The notes beneath the pieces were generated by a model. It was not told where the DNA came from. It did not search any database and saw only the letters and a list, made by a program, of their open reading frames with translations. A stretch of 64,000 bases of DNA from the NCBI GenBank assembly GCA_051294905.1, contig CM119376.1, forward strand, positions 23,870,001 through 23,934,000, written 5' to 3'. The stretch is from Botryllus schlosseri (lineage: Eukaryota). Of the stretch, positions 43,974 through 55,696 are shown piece by piece (position 1 is the first letter of the stretch; the number at the start of each line of letters is the position of its first letter). The translations under genes and the position numbers were made by a program.

Positions 43974-45073
43974 GGTTGCCAGTAAACTCGCCCCAAAGTA
44001 AATTCGGCCCAGGCAAATTCGGCCATTACATCAGTAAATTCGGCCCACCGAGAATATTGTATTAAAATGTATTACCAAGCGTTAACATGAATTAATTACA
44101 TAATTATACTATTATTAAGTGATTTGGATGTCAGGGTATGCGTAGATCGCGTAATCACGGGAGATAGCGCGGATATTCACGGGGACCGAATTTACCGACG
44201 GCCGAATTCACCGGTCAATTCACTGGTTACTCGGTCAATTCTGCCCTCGGAGAATTTTTTATAAAAATGTATTACCAACTATTAATGTGAATTAATTTCA
44301 TAATTATATTATTATCAAGTGATTTGGAGAACAGGGTATGCGTATAAATATATATATGTATATTATATATGCCGATGTTTACGGGGCCAAATTTACCGAC
44401 AGCCGAATTCAATCGGTATATTCGGCCCTCGCAGAACATTGTGTGAAATTGTATTACGAACTAATAATGTGTATTATATTACATAATTATAATATTATCT
44501 AACCTGAACCCTAACACTAATCCAAACCCTAATTCTAACCTAACCCTAATCCTAACCTAACCTAACCCTAATCCTAACCTAACCCTAATCCTAAACCTAA
44601 TCCTAACCTAACCCTAATCCTAACCTAACCTAACCCTAATCCTAACCCTAATCCTAACCCTAACGCTAATCCTAACCCTAAACCTACTAATAACTAATAA
44701 GTAATAACTAATAATGTGTATTATATTACATAATTATAATATTATCAAGTGATTAGCAGGTTAGGGGTTAGGGTTAGGGTTAGGATTAGTGTTAGGGTTA
44801 GGTTTAGGGTTGGGATTAGCGTTAGGGTTAGGGTTAGGTTAGGGTTAGGTTAGGTTAGGATAGGTTAGGGTTAGGATTAGGGTTAGGATTAGGGTTAGAA
44901 TTAGGGTTAGGGTTCAGGTTAGATAATGGTATTGTAACTGTTGTTGTTACTCTGGCCCTGGCCGAATTTACCGAGGGCCGAATTTACCGACGGCCGAATT
45001 CACCGACGGCCGAAGTGACCGAGGGCCGAATTCGACGGGCCGAATTTACTTTGGGGCGAGTTTACTGGCAACC
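43974..45073. mobile_element. Non-autonomous Mutator-like (MULE) element
   Basis: TIR GGTTGCCAGTAAACTCGCCCCAAAGTAAATTCGGCCC with its exact reverse complement at the right end; exact 9-bp TSD CAGCTGTAC at 43965-43973 and 45074-45082; many GCCGAATT subrepeats. Confidence 0.8.
44500..44920. repeat. Opposed degenerate telomere-like arrays: (CCTAAC/CCTAAT)n then (GGGTTA/GGATTA)n
   Basis: The C-rich array is at about 44500-44690 and the G-rich array at about 44760-44920, both inside the MULE. Confidence 0.9.
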
Positions 45074-46038
45074 CAGCTGTACAATAAGGGAATCAATCAA
45101 TAACAATAAATAAATATTGTGCATTTAAAATACCGAAGAAAACAAAGTAATCAGCGAGTTGACGTAGCCTATATGTCCGGAGACGAACAACCAGACTAAA
45201 ATATATGAAGCATTTTTGCAGAAAAAGGTTCATTAGTGAGTTTTTAGGTATTCAAAATAATTTTTCTGTATGATATCATTTACAGTGCTTCTATCTGGAG
45301 ATGTAATTCAGGAATCACGCGGGGCAGCAACAAAATATAGAATTGGACGGGCAATTTTGTTGCTTTGCGAAAGAAATTTGGCTGATTTAATAGCTATACT
45401 ACTTCACTACGCACGAATGTTCATTCGTAGCTCATGGTTAACGAAATGAACTGCATATGATCATGGCAATTAATATCTTTATATCCTTGTAGTAATGAAT
45501 ATGTGTAGCTTTTATAAATTCGACAAACGTGATGGGGCATTTCAACTTGAATAGGATGAAATCAATGGGACGACTGATACATTATCAGCCCGTTTGTAAC
45601 ACTATACCACCGATCCACGATTCTGACATGTCCATTAGCTTTTAGCATGTTCCTTGAACCAACTTATAGCGGCTTGCGCTTAGATCACATCAATTTGCAA
45701 CTGCTGTACATTGCTATGCTTAGATTAAGAAACATTGACATCCACTCAGAGGCGATCAAAGTAGTCAAGAAGGCTACTCAAGTAGAAGTAGCCAAGCATT
45801 ATTCTACTCAAGTACGAGTAGAAATGGTGCTTTCTAAATCAATCCGAAACTTATTCAAGGAAAAGTAGAATTTTGTTGTCTTTGAAAACTATTATACTCG
45901 GGTAGGTATCAGTATCAGTTTAATAATATTTTCATCATTTCAAAACACCACAAAACTGCGATACAATGAAAAGATATAGGAAGGTGTCGAAACGACTTGG
46001 AGTAGTCTTTGCAATCAGACACCCACCTTGGCCTAGGT

Positions 46039-47309
46039 CAGTGGTTCCCAACGTGGGCGATATCGCCCCCCAGGGGGAGATTTGGCGGTCTAGGGGGGCG
46101 AAAATAACGAAGGGGGCGATAGGGGGGCGAAAACGGACGAAGGGGGCGATAGGGGGGCGATGGCGCGTTAAAACGGCTATATTGGAATCAGCACCGTAAC
46201 TGCCGCACCCCAAACCCCCAATTGGGGGGCCGAACTCGAAGGGGGCCCAAAATTATTTCGTGAATTAACATGAATTATAGAGCATTTTTTTAGAAATTCA
46301 TGCAACTTTTTTTTTTAAAATTTCGCACTGCGTGCGATTTAGTATTGTCATATATCTTGATTTGGGGGTACCTTTCCTGTAACAAAAATACGCATAATTT
46401 ATGGAAACGGAGACTTCGGCGTCGGCCATTACTGCGCCACGACACACCAATACATATGAAGGTATAGGCCATATAACATGCAACTCCAAGAAGTGTGCCA
46501 GAACGATCAACAGCAAGAAGACCTTGGACGAAAAGGAATGCCCTTGTGCTGACCGAAAACTTCGATATACATCTCTGTTTAATTGTCCTTAGGCGCCTCA
46601 ATGGCTGGCGTTGAATGTTCCTGTCCTGGCGATCTGAACCCGACAAGACAAATGCCACCCCGCAGCGAAAAATTATATGCCACTAAAGAAATATCCATTT
46701 GAAACAATATGCGTCTTTTAGTTTGGTACGTTTTGGCGATATCCAATCTTTTGACATAGCAGATATAGGAGGTCACCACACTCAGCTCTACCGATAAATC
46801 TGATTACGTAAGCAGAGAGAGGATAAAAAATTGATAGCAATATATATATGCAATTCCCGACCATATTGACCAATTCAAGCATGAATCATATAAATTTGTC
46901 GCGTTTCGCGCGTTTAGGCGAAGTACGGTGACCAACTAAACAGTACACGAAATCTTATATGGTACGACAGAAAGCCCACTGGTTGAGGGGGGGGGGCTGG
47001 AGTTTGGTTTATCACCCTATTAGGACCCAAGACCAACGTTTTTTTTTTGGGGGGGGGCTGACGAAGCTCTGTTACGGTCCTGATGGGAGTTAAGTCAGAG
47101 AAATGGCCTTTTTTATAGTCAACTCACGAACATTTAGCTGTAGAAGTGTAATTTCGAGGTCGAGCCGAAAATTTGACCTTTTTTTATTAGTCAACTCGCC
47201 GGTGATCTCAGATTGTAAGCCCATTTTTTGGTTCCCAATCTTTGGGGGGCGATAATCGGTCTGGAGCTTCAAAAGGGGGCGATGAGACGAAAAGGGTTGG
47301 GAACCACTG
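46039..47309. mobile_element. hAT non-autonomous element family D with heterogeneous internal sequence
   Basis: TIR CAGTGGTTCCCAAC / GTTGGGAACCACTG; TSD GCCTAGGT; GGGGGCGAT subterminal repeats. Confidence 0.88.
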
Positions 47310-47900
47310 GCCTAGGTGAAGTAGAGAAGAGGCGTGCACACTGAATGAAAATTAAAGCAGAGAATGTAAAAGGCAAGTGACAAAATGAGATGGCATGTGG
47401 CGGAAGGCGAGATCGATATGTTAAGTCGTGGTCCGGTAATCCCGTAGGCTGACTAGTATTCATTCAAATGAAATTGTTTGTACAAGTAGTATTGAATACG
47501 CTCTCATGGAACGTCAAAATCTGGAAACTGACATATGCGGACGGCGGAAAGAGCTGGGTCTATGATGTTCCTATACATCATATACATAGCCTACATCGGC
47601 GGCATAATGATTCGACCTAGCTATAGAACAGAACAGTTGGTCTATATATTTTTCATACCGGTGCACCTTGCAGAAAATTTGACGGTATGGCCAGCTGACG
47701 CAGTGGCGCCCTCCCTCGCATTCCAAGGCCCGTAGTTAGACCAATAGCAATATTTTATATCGGACACTAGATTAATGATTTGTGCGATTACAAAGGCAAC
47801 TGAAAATATGGTGGATCGTATAATTCTATAGATATTGCTGAGTTCTATATATTTACTAGTAAACAACTGTGATGCAACGTACTGTTATATGGGCGACTGT

Positions 47901-48166
47901 CAGAGGTGGTCAAAGTAGTCACCGTCGCTACTCAAGTAGAAGTAGAAGTAACGCCGAAATTTCTACTCAAGTAGAAGTAGGAGTGGTGAATCACAAGTAA
48001 GTAAGTAAGTAGGTATTGTACGCTTATATTTGCCTGCAAAACTGAAAACTGTCAAGTAGAAGTAAAAGCAGTCCGCAATCATAACTACTTAAAAAGTAGT
48101 GTGAGTTGGCAAAATCTACTTCAAGTACTTCAAAAAGTAGAAGTACTTCGTTACTGACCACCTCCG
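47901..48166. mobile_element. hAT MITE family E (CTACTCAAGTAG/AAGTAG-rich)
   Basis: TIR CAGAGGTGGTCA / TGACCACCTCCG; TSD GCGACTGT. Related fragments lie near 18050-18150, 21300-21410, 31475-31520, 45770-45850 and 49040-49083. Confidence 0.85.
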
Positions 48167-48389
48167 GCGACTGTATATCGGAACAGAAGTTACATGCGTA
48201 CATAAACCACGAAGCCGCTACATAAATAATATTTACCGAAACTTTCGTGGAAACATATTGCTGGTCACCCCCATTTCGCGCCAAGCATGATAAAAATTCT
48301 GGACTCTCTGCGAAAACAGCTCCGGAATTTTTGCTTCTTTATATGGTCTCTATTTTCTACTTCTACTTGGCAAATTGTAGGCTAAATAG

Positions 48390-48937
48390 CAGGGTTGTAA
48401 TGACTCGAGTCACGATTTTCTAATGACTCGAGTAATTTTCTCTAAATACGAAAATGACTCGACTCGACTTGAGTCAATCTGTGTATGGACTCGACTTGGA
48501 CTCGAGTCATTGCGCATGACTCGAACCAAGTCATATGATATCATACTCAGACGGCCAAGACCGACATTTCATTATAATTTCGAAGAATAGTAAAGTAACC
48601 ACACTATTGGGATTTCGTCTATTGGTACTGGTGCTTGCAAATGCGACCAAAAACTGCTAAAAGTGAGGAAAATTAGTATATTATAAATGCGAACCCTTCG
48701 ATATCATCAAACAAGAGTTATAAACGGTGGGTTTAACAAGACTTTAATTGGAAATTGAGCAGTCAACACAATGACTTGGACTCGGACTCGAGTCATAATA
48801 CCATGATTCGGACTCGACCCTCTGATCGCTGACTTGACTCGGTGTTGAATTTAAAACGACTCGACTTGACTCGAGTCAAAACTATAAAAGTGAGATTGAC
48901 TCGTGACTCGGAGCCTTGTGACTTGGTTACAACCCTG
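48390..48937 (+). mobile_element. hAT MITE family A, full copy
   Basis: TIRs intact; TSD CTAAATAG / GTAAATAG (1 mismatch). Confidence 0.88.
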
Positions 48938-49684
48938 GTAAATAGCGAATTGTAAGTAAGAATAAGTCGCAAAATTTGACGAAGTACAGGTAGTGGGAAA
49001 TTTGATATATATTGTAATGAATATGGAGGAAAACTACTTGAATAGAAGTAGAAGTAGATTTAATTCGTTACTGAGCATCTCTGCATCCACTTGGGCCTAC
49101 CTGCCTACCGATTTTATTCATGCGATGAATTCTGCATCCCCTCACTTGGTGTGCAACTGTCGATTGTAACATTCGATAGTGCATATCTCTCTTTCGAAAC
49201 GAATTATAGTAACTGTTCTGACGTCAGTACGTAGGGTATATACTGGGTAGATATATTATGTTCAATTGATATAGACCTCACAATGTCTTTTGGAATCGTG
49301 GTCGTCTGATCTCATGTATCGCAGTCTTGTGGTGGCGTGGTTTTATCGCTGTTGAAGACTTTGAAGCTTCTGCACGACCAAAATTCATCCTGAGATCCAG
49401 ACCATTTCGCGCCGATTAAAAATCTACACGACCCCAGCCCAGTTATAAGAGCTACTGCTGTCTATAATACTATGCTTCCAGATTGTCTTTACCATTGACA
49501 ATAGCTTCTGCTGAGCACTGTGTCCCATTATGAGCTTGTATAACTTTTCTGAGGCGCTTATTGTAAGAGCTGCAGAACTACAGAATTTTTAGGATTTATT
49601 TCTACAAATACAAGCAGTTCACGTTCGCCAAACAAGCATAACAACGACGTTCTCAACTACTGGATGAAAACATATGACATCTAT

Positions 49685-49739
49685 CAGGGATATCTAGAAA
49701 TTTCTAGATTCTAGAAACTTCTAGTTCTAGATATCCCTG
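49685..49739. mobile_element. 55-bp hAT-type micro-element
   Basis: TIR CAGGGATATCTAGAA / TTCTAGATATCCCTG; exact 8-bp TSD ACATCTAT at 49677-49684 and 49740-49747. Confidence 0.75.
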
Positions 49740-50957
49740 ACATCTATATATGGAATATAGTCCACACGATGGAATTGCTGTAAATTATCTGCACTTACAG
49801 ATAGATGCAGGCATGCAGTGTCGCGTTAAATTGCATGCGGTAAGGTTGCAAAATCTGAACAAGGTAACTGCGAGTACACACTACAAACTGTATATTATAC
49901 AGACCAATGAGACATCGTCAGGTCTATGGTTGCATTTAAAACAAAAATAAATTAAAAACAAACATGTTTAAAACAAGACCCTAATTTAAAACATGTTTTT
50001 TGTAAAAGTCATGACGTCACGGATATTCAATTGTGACGGCACAGTGGACAAAATATCTGTACTATAACTGCTGAACCGACTAATTTGAGCTCAGGGTTCC
50101 AACCATCCCATATCGATATACGTCGGCTAAATCGGGAGGTAATTGTCCGTAGGCTCATACAACATGTTTTTGGCAAGTATTTACACAATTATGGCCTAAT
50201 TTTACAACTTAAAAAAACAAACATTTTAAAGCATGCGTGTGTTTTGCATGCACCGTTTAAAACACCGTTAGCTTTAAATGCAACCCTTGTCATGTCATTG
50301 CCACTCGAGACGAATTCAATGAGGTTTTAAGGGCGATGAGCTTCCCGATAAGAAAATTGCGTAATTCTATACTGATCTGACAATATCGAGCGCATATCAT
50401 CGTTGTTCGTGACCTAATAATTACTTTTACGTATATCTGTGAAATCATATCCAACGGCAATATGAATCAATTATATTGATCCAGATATCAACACTAAGTC
50501 ACATCATAAATGATATTTCGCACCAAAAACTGGCATTGAATGTAGTACAAAAATATGAAAAAATAGCACAGTTTATATTACAAAGTTTGTCAACACTGGT
50601 CGAACTTCCTTTCCGTTAAAATTCATAATAATATAATAATTTTGCATTATTACATTATTAAAATATTTCGTTGCTTTACTCCAATTTAGACTGACCCACT
50701 CATCCTCCAATCACATACACAATGAGAATATAATGTACAAAATAGCCCAATAGGGTCATTGCAAAATAGTTTCCTACAACAAATGTAGGCCCGCATGTTG
50801 CTGAAATCATGGAAGACATGCGTGTCTCATTCAAGTGCGATCTATCAACACATACAATTGAGATATGGCAGATGCATGAAAATTTTCACAATGATATTTT
50901 TCGAAAGTGTTTTTTCACAAATTGAATAAAACCGTTGCACACCTTGAAAGAGCAGGG

Positions 50958-53900
50958 TCAATCCAAGTCAAGCAGCAGTAACTCGGCCTCCAAAAGTTGG
51001 AGATACACAGCGGTGCACTCTATAGAGATTTGTTGTTTCAGTATATCCGAATCCGTTGAAAACGCTTCCCACAAACTTTTAGTAGCTTGTTGATATGATT
51101 TTTGCGATAGATTTCGTCTCAGGGAACATACGCTAAGCAACAAATACGCATGGCTTGGATGCGAATGCAGCGCGTGCCTCGTTTTCCCCGGTTCCGTCTC
51201 CAGGAATCTGTTGAGATATTTCTCCGCCTTCTTGTATTTTTTCAGCCCTATCAAACACTTGGCGATGTTGAGAGTTATTGGCTGTTTCATGGCAGTAAAA
51301 TCAGCGCCTTTTTCTTTCATGATTTTGAGCGACTTCTTGAAACTCTTCATCGCCTGCTTGAAATGCTCTATCGCTAGCAAACAATTCCCGCAGGCGTAGT
51401 AAAAGGATTCCACCGTTTCGGCGTACACGGACCCCAAAACGTCAGAATTATTATCTAAAGCTGCTCTCATATTCGTGGCGCGATCAAGGACTTCAGAAAT
51501 CATGTCAGGTTTGATAAGAGATTTGTCCACTTCCACTTCGGCCTTTGCCGCCACAGCCAAAGTTGATCTGAGCACTATTCCGACGGCGGATACCATCGAG
51601 TCATCATGATTGTCCATCGATTCCATGTTCAAGCCATCCTGGAACGCAGTACTCGCCATGAAGACGGCTTCTTGATAGTTTCCAAGGCTGAAACTACACC
51701 GGGCAGACTTGACTCGAGCGTGAATCATTGTGTAATCCTCGTAAGCTCGACTCTTCCTCCGACGTTCTTTGATAGCAGAACCCCGATTTAGGTATGAGTT
51801 TGCCTCTTCCCACCGTCCTAGTTTGGCTAGACATATCCCGATGTCTTGTATGATAGCGTTCGAATCAACGTATACGATACTTGTAATATCCAGGGCGAGT
51901 TTCTCTTGCAATTCCAGCGCGTCGTTTAATAATGTCAATGCTCTTTCGTGGTTTTGAACTTTCATCCAACAACTCGCCGTCGTAGCCGTCAGGCTTGCAG
52001 TTTCCTGAAGTAAATCCGTCGATAAGTCTACATGCAGTTTCAGTACCTCGTAAATATCAGCCAGGAAGTCGAGAAATGGTATTCGCTGATGCTGATTCGG
52101 TTGAGGTACATTTGAACTGTCTGCTTTACTCAGAAACTGTTCGACGACGTATTTCGCAATCTTCACGCAACAATGCAGAACCGATATCTTTGTTGTTTGA
52201 CTTTGCTGTGCCAGCCAATCTTTCAATGCTTCAATCGTACTGTTCTCCCTTTCAGCAGTACATCTGTACAAACTACCGGCAAAAACAATTATAGCGCCCG
52301 ATATACTAAAAGCATCTCGGATGTTGCAGTACTTCGCTGCTTGACAAAAGTAATCGCAGTCTTGCACGCAACTGTTTCTCAGACACTCATCGCCGTCTAT
52401 GACATCAAGAATATTACGACTTATTGACTTCTCCGCATTTCCATTGTTTGGACCGCCGGAAAGTTCAACGGTTGATTTACAGAGATTTAATATTTTTCCG
52501 TATCCTTTAGTTCTGAAGAGACCGGTTTGGATAACACGGATGAGTATGGACTTATCTCTTTGGAGTTCATTGCCAGTAAAGATGTATTGCTGACACAGGG
52601 TGTCGAATGCCAGACTAGCATGAAAAACGGCCTCTCGTTCGCAATCCTGTTTACGTGTTTCTTTTCCACCATTGTGCAACGCCATCATTGGTGACATAGA
52701 TCGTGATATCACCGTAACGCCGGTTTGTATCATACTGAGTATAGTCGAGTCGTTAGCTTGAGTTCGCAGAAGAGAGGAAATCGACTCACAAGCTTCTTTG
52801 CTAGCTTCGCCTCCTCTGTTCTGCCACAGTTTACATTGGGCTGAGATCAAGAGCACTTGGGCCGTAGTATAAGTAGACAGCGAGCTTGCAGACTTCATAA
52901 CGTCGTCGCAATATTCTTGTGCGGTCTCAATTTCATTCATCTTGAAGTAACAATCTGCTAGCTGCAGCGACCACATGAGTTTGTGCTCTTCGAGGCGTTT
53001 CTCCTCCCCTTCACTCATATCGGTAATTGACGACGCCAATTCCAACGCCTTTTCTAAAATTTTAACGCACTCACTGAAGTTTCCCAATTTGAAAAGACAA
53101 TTACCCTGTCTGGTCGATGCTTTAAACATGATTTCATGTCTTTTTGCGGTCATTGATTCGAACTGCGAAAGCAGTTCTGCGCTCGCAAGATAAGACAAAT
53201 TGTAATCCTCAAGGTAATAATGGGATTCGCCGATTCCGTCTAACACTTCCAAATATAATTCGTCGCCTTGATGCGAAAACAAATCCTTTCTGGACTCAAA
53301 TGCCTTTTTTACCTGCTCGAGATGGTCTCTTGCTTGCGAATAATTTTTCAGCTTCAAATTGTTTATTCCAAGCAGATACTGAATAAAATGGTAAAATTTT
53401 GACTGATCTACTTCGGGGAGCGTGCACAATACAGCCATGCTACGTTTTAATGTGGCATTTGCCTCGTCCAGGCGTTGCACTTTGCTGAGGCAAAGTCCTT
53501 TCATAAAATGTTCAAAAGCGGGATTGGTCCTTTCGTGACCCTGCGAGCTCGCACTTTCAAGAATGTCCAGTGCATCCTGATACCACCCGAAATAGGATAA
53601 AATCTCTGCCTTATCGGCGATGTCTTCCATCTCTATAGGCAAACTTTTAATTACTGAAATATTACCGGATGAATTCAACAAGCTATTCTTTACTTTCTGA
53701 ATCCCGGATAGCACGAACAGCAGTTTTATTACCTTTTGTTTCTTCAAGCTGTTGCAAGTGGATGTTTTGTTGTCATCGGCATTACGCGACAAAGACAAAG
53801 AGCCTCTCATGCGGCTTTCACACGCGATTGCAAGACCGATTTGTAGACTACAACCGGCTTTGTGATCGAGGAATCCTTTTGATATAAGAGTTTTAACAAT

Positions 53901-55696
53901 TGCGAAGGCTGAATTTTTCTCGATGTGTCCAATGTGACCGAGGGCGTCAACTAATTGAAATATTTCATCACCAGAAATAGAAGACGCTTCTGCAACATCG
54001 TTATTCTCCACGAATGCACTATGAAACGAAAAATTCTTCGGCTCGAGCTTTGAAAGCTTTTCAAGAATAACATTTTTGAAATTCGACCCGTCAACTCCTT
54101 TGGAGTATATTTCTTTACGCGTGCGTTTCTTGAATTTCTTGTGTACGCTGTCACTTCCCGCGATGTGTCGAGTTCTAGTCAGCATTTGCGCTAAATACTC
54201 ACCATAAGATTCATCGCGTTGACAAGCTATTGCGACCATATCGTCCACGGTCTTTATCAGTGATATATTTATATTCATAGGTGTTATTGATTTCGCGACG
54301 GCAAAATCGTAAGATGAATCCAGCCATTGTTTTGCAAAAGATTCCGATCCATCTCCACCAGTTTTGCTTTCATTCTTAGTTTGTATATTTCCAGAGAATA
54401 GGATGACTTGGAATATCAATAAATACCATTGAAAGTACTCGACTGTTTCGGCGTAATTTTCTTTCTTTTTGATACTGTTTTCCAGTACAACTGCTGTGAA
54501 TAAATCATTATTTGGTGGAAAATCACCAGATCCACATGTTCCCAAATTGAAATGACTAAATTTACATGGCGGTGATCCTAGAATATCGACGCATATCCCA
54601 GAAATGCCCTTCTCAAGATCCGCATAGTCATCAGTAAACGAAGATGAAATGTTTTTAATTTTCGATACGTATTTTTCGAGACTTTCTTTTGTTTCCTTGT
54701 TCGGTATGATCTCATCGTTCTTTAGCTCCACCTCCAGGCGTTGTCGCATGACATCAACTTTCGTCTGTACTGTTCGCGACGCCTCGTACAGGTCACTTGA
54801 AAGAGATTTGCCGCCAGATAATCGCAATAATTTTCGGTGAATACTTTTCATTTCTTTCAAAATTTTTGAAGAATTGCGACAGGTGCTTTCAAGAGATGCT
54901 CGAAGAAATATGCAGGCCTTCAGTAGACTCGTTTTGTCTGGGATGTATTTAGCGTTAACTCTCGCCAATTCAGCGAATATCTGTGACTTTTCTTCCAAAA
55001 CGTCACTGCATTCAACGGTCTGGGATAATCTTTCGAACTGTTTGAACAGTGTTCGCTCCTGTATCCACAACGGATCCAATTCCCCTATAAAACACGAAAG
55101 CTGTCAACGTAGGCTACACCACAAAAAAGAGAAATTGATGGAGCACATAAAACAGAATAAGTGGAATCAATTCTTTAACGAAAAATGGGCGCAACGAAAA
55201 GGGACCAATGCCTCTTCTCTTCGAATTTCGTCGCATCAGTTGTTTTCGCAACGTCGCCATGCATCATAAATTTTCACCCCGTCCCTTAATTTTTTATCGT
55301 AGCTACACGCCTATCTTTAGAAACGATTTTAAAATAAGTAGGTATATCCTATAACTTAATGGACTTACCGATTAGCTTTTCTATATCCTTAGCAATATTG
55401 CTTTCCTGAGCAGCTAAATCCATGGTTTCGATGTGGCGAAGGGAGATTTTACATCTTGGTAAAAGTGTGGAAACTGCGTCACTAAATGATTCCTTGTCTT
55501 GGACAGCTTTCAGTAACACATCTGAGATAAGTTGGGCCGCTTTCAGTAGATATTTTTGGTGGCGTACTCTAGAATCCTTGCACGCTCCGCATAAGACTTG
55601 GAAAGCCTTCTCCACCGTAGTGATATAATCCTGATTACCGTATGCTACTTTCGCCTGTTTGATGTTGTCCCTGACAGTCGGTGATCCCAAAAGCAT
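50958..55696 (-). CDS. Large protein (~1484 aa) with a degenerate DUF294/GlnD-like nucleotidyltransferase domain, a helical domain and C-terminal TPR repeats; exons 55369-55696 and 50958-55084
   Basis: The 4.1-kb open frame joins the upstream 115-aa ORF through phase-1 sites ATCG|GTAAGT (exon ends at 55369) and TTTTATAG|GGGAA (exon starts at 55084). The join is 4455 nt, or 1485 codons. Motif CVDILGSPPCKFSHFNLGTCGSGDFPPNNDLFTAVVLE, then many TPR-like helix pairs (QGNCLFKLGNFSECVKILEKALEL, IGICLAKLGRWEEANSYLNRG, CGNCLLAIEHFKQAMKSFKKSL). Confidence 0.8.

Noticed and set aside
44500-44920. Telomere-telomere fusion site or true telomere
   Set aside because: The arrays are degenerate and enclosed by transposon TIRs and a TSD.
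51150-55269. Numerous plus-strand ORFs within the large TPR ORF
   Set aside because: They are antisense shadows of the coding exon.
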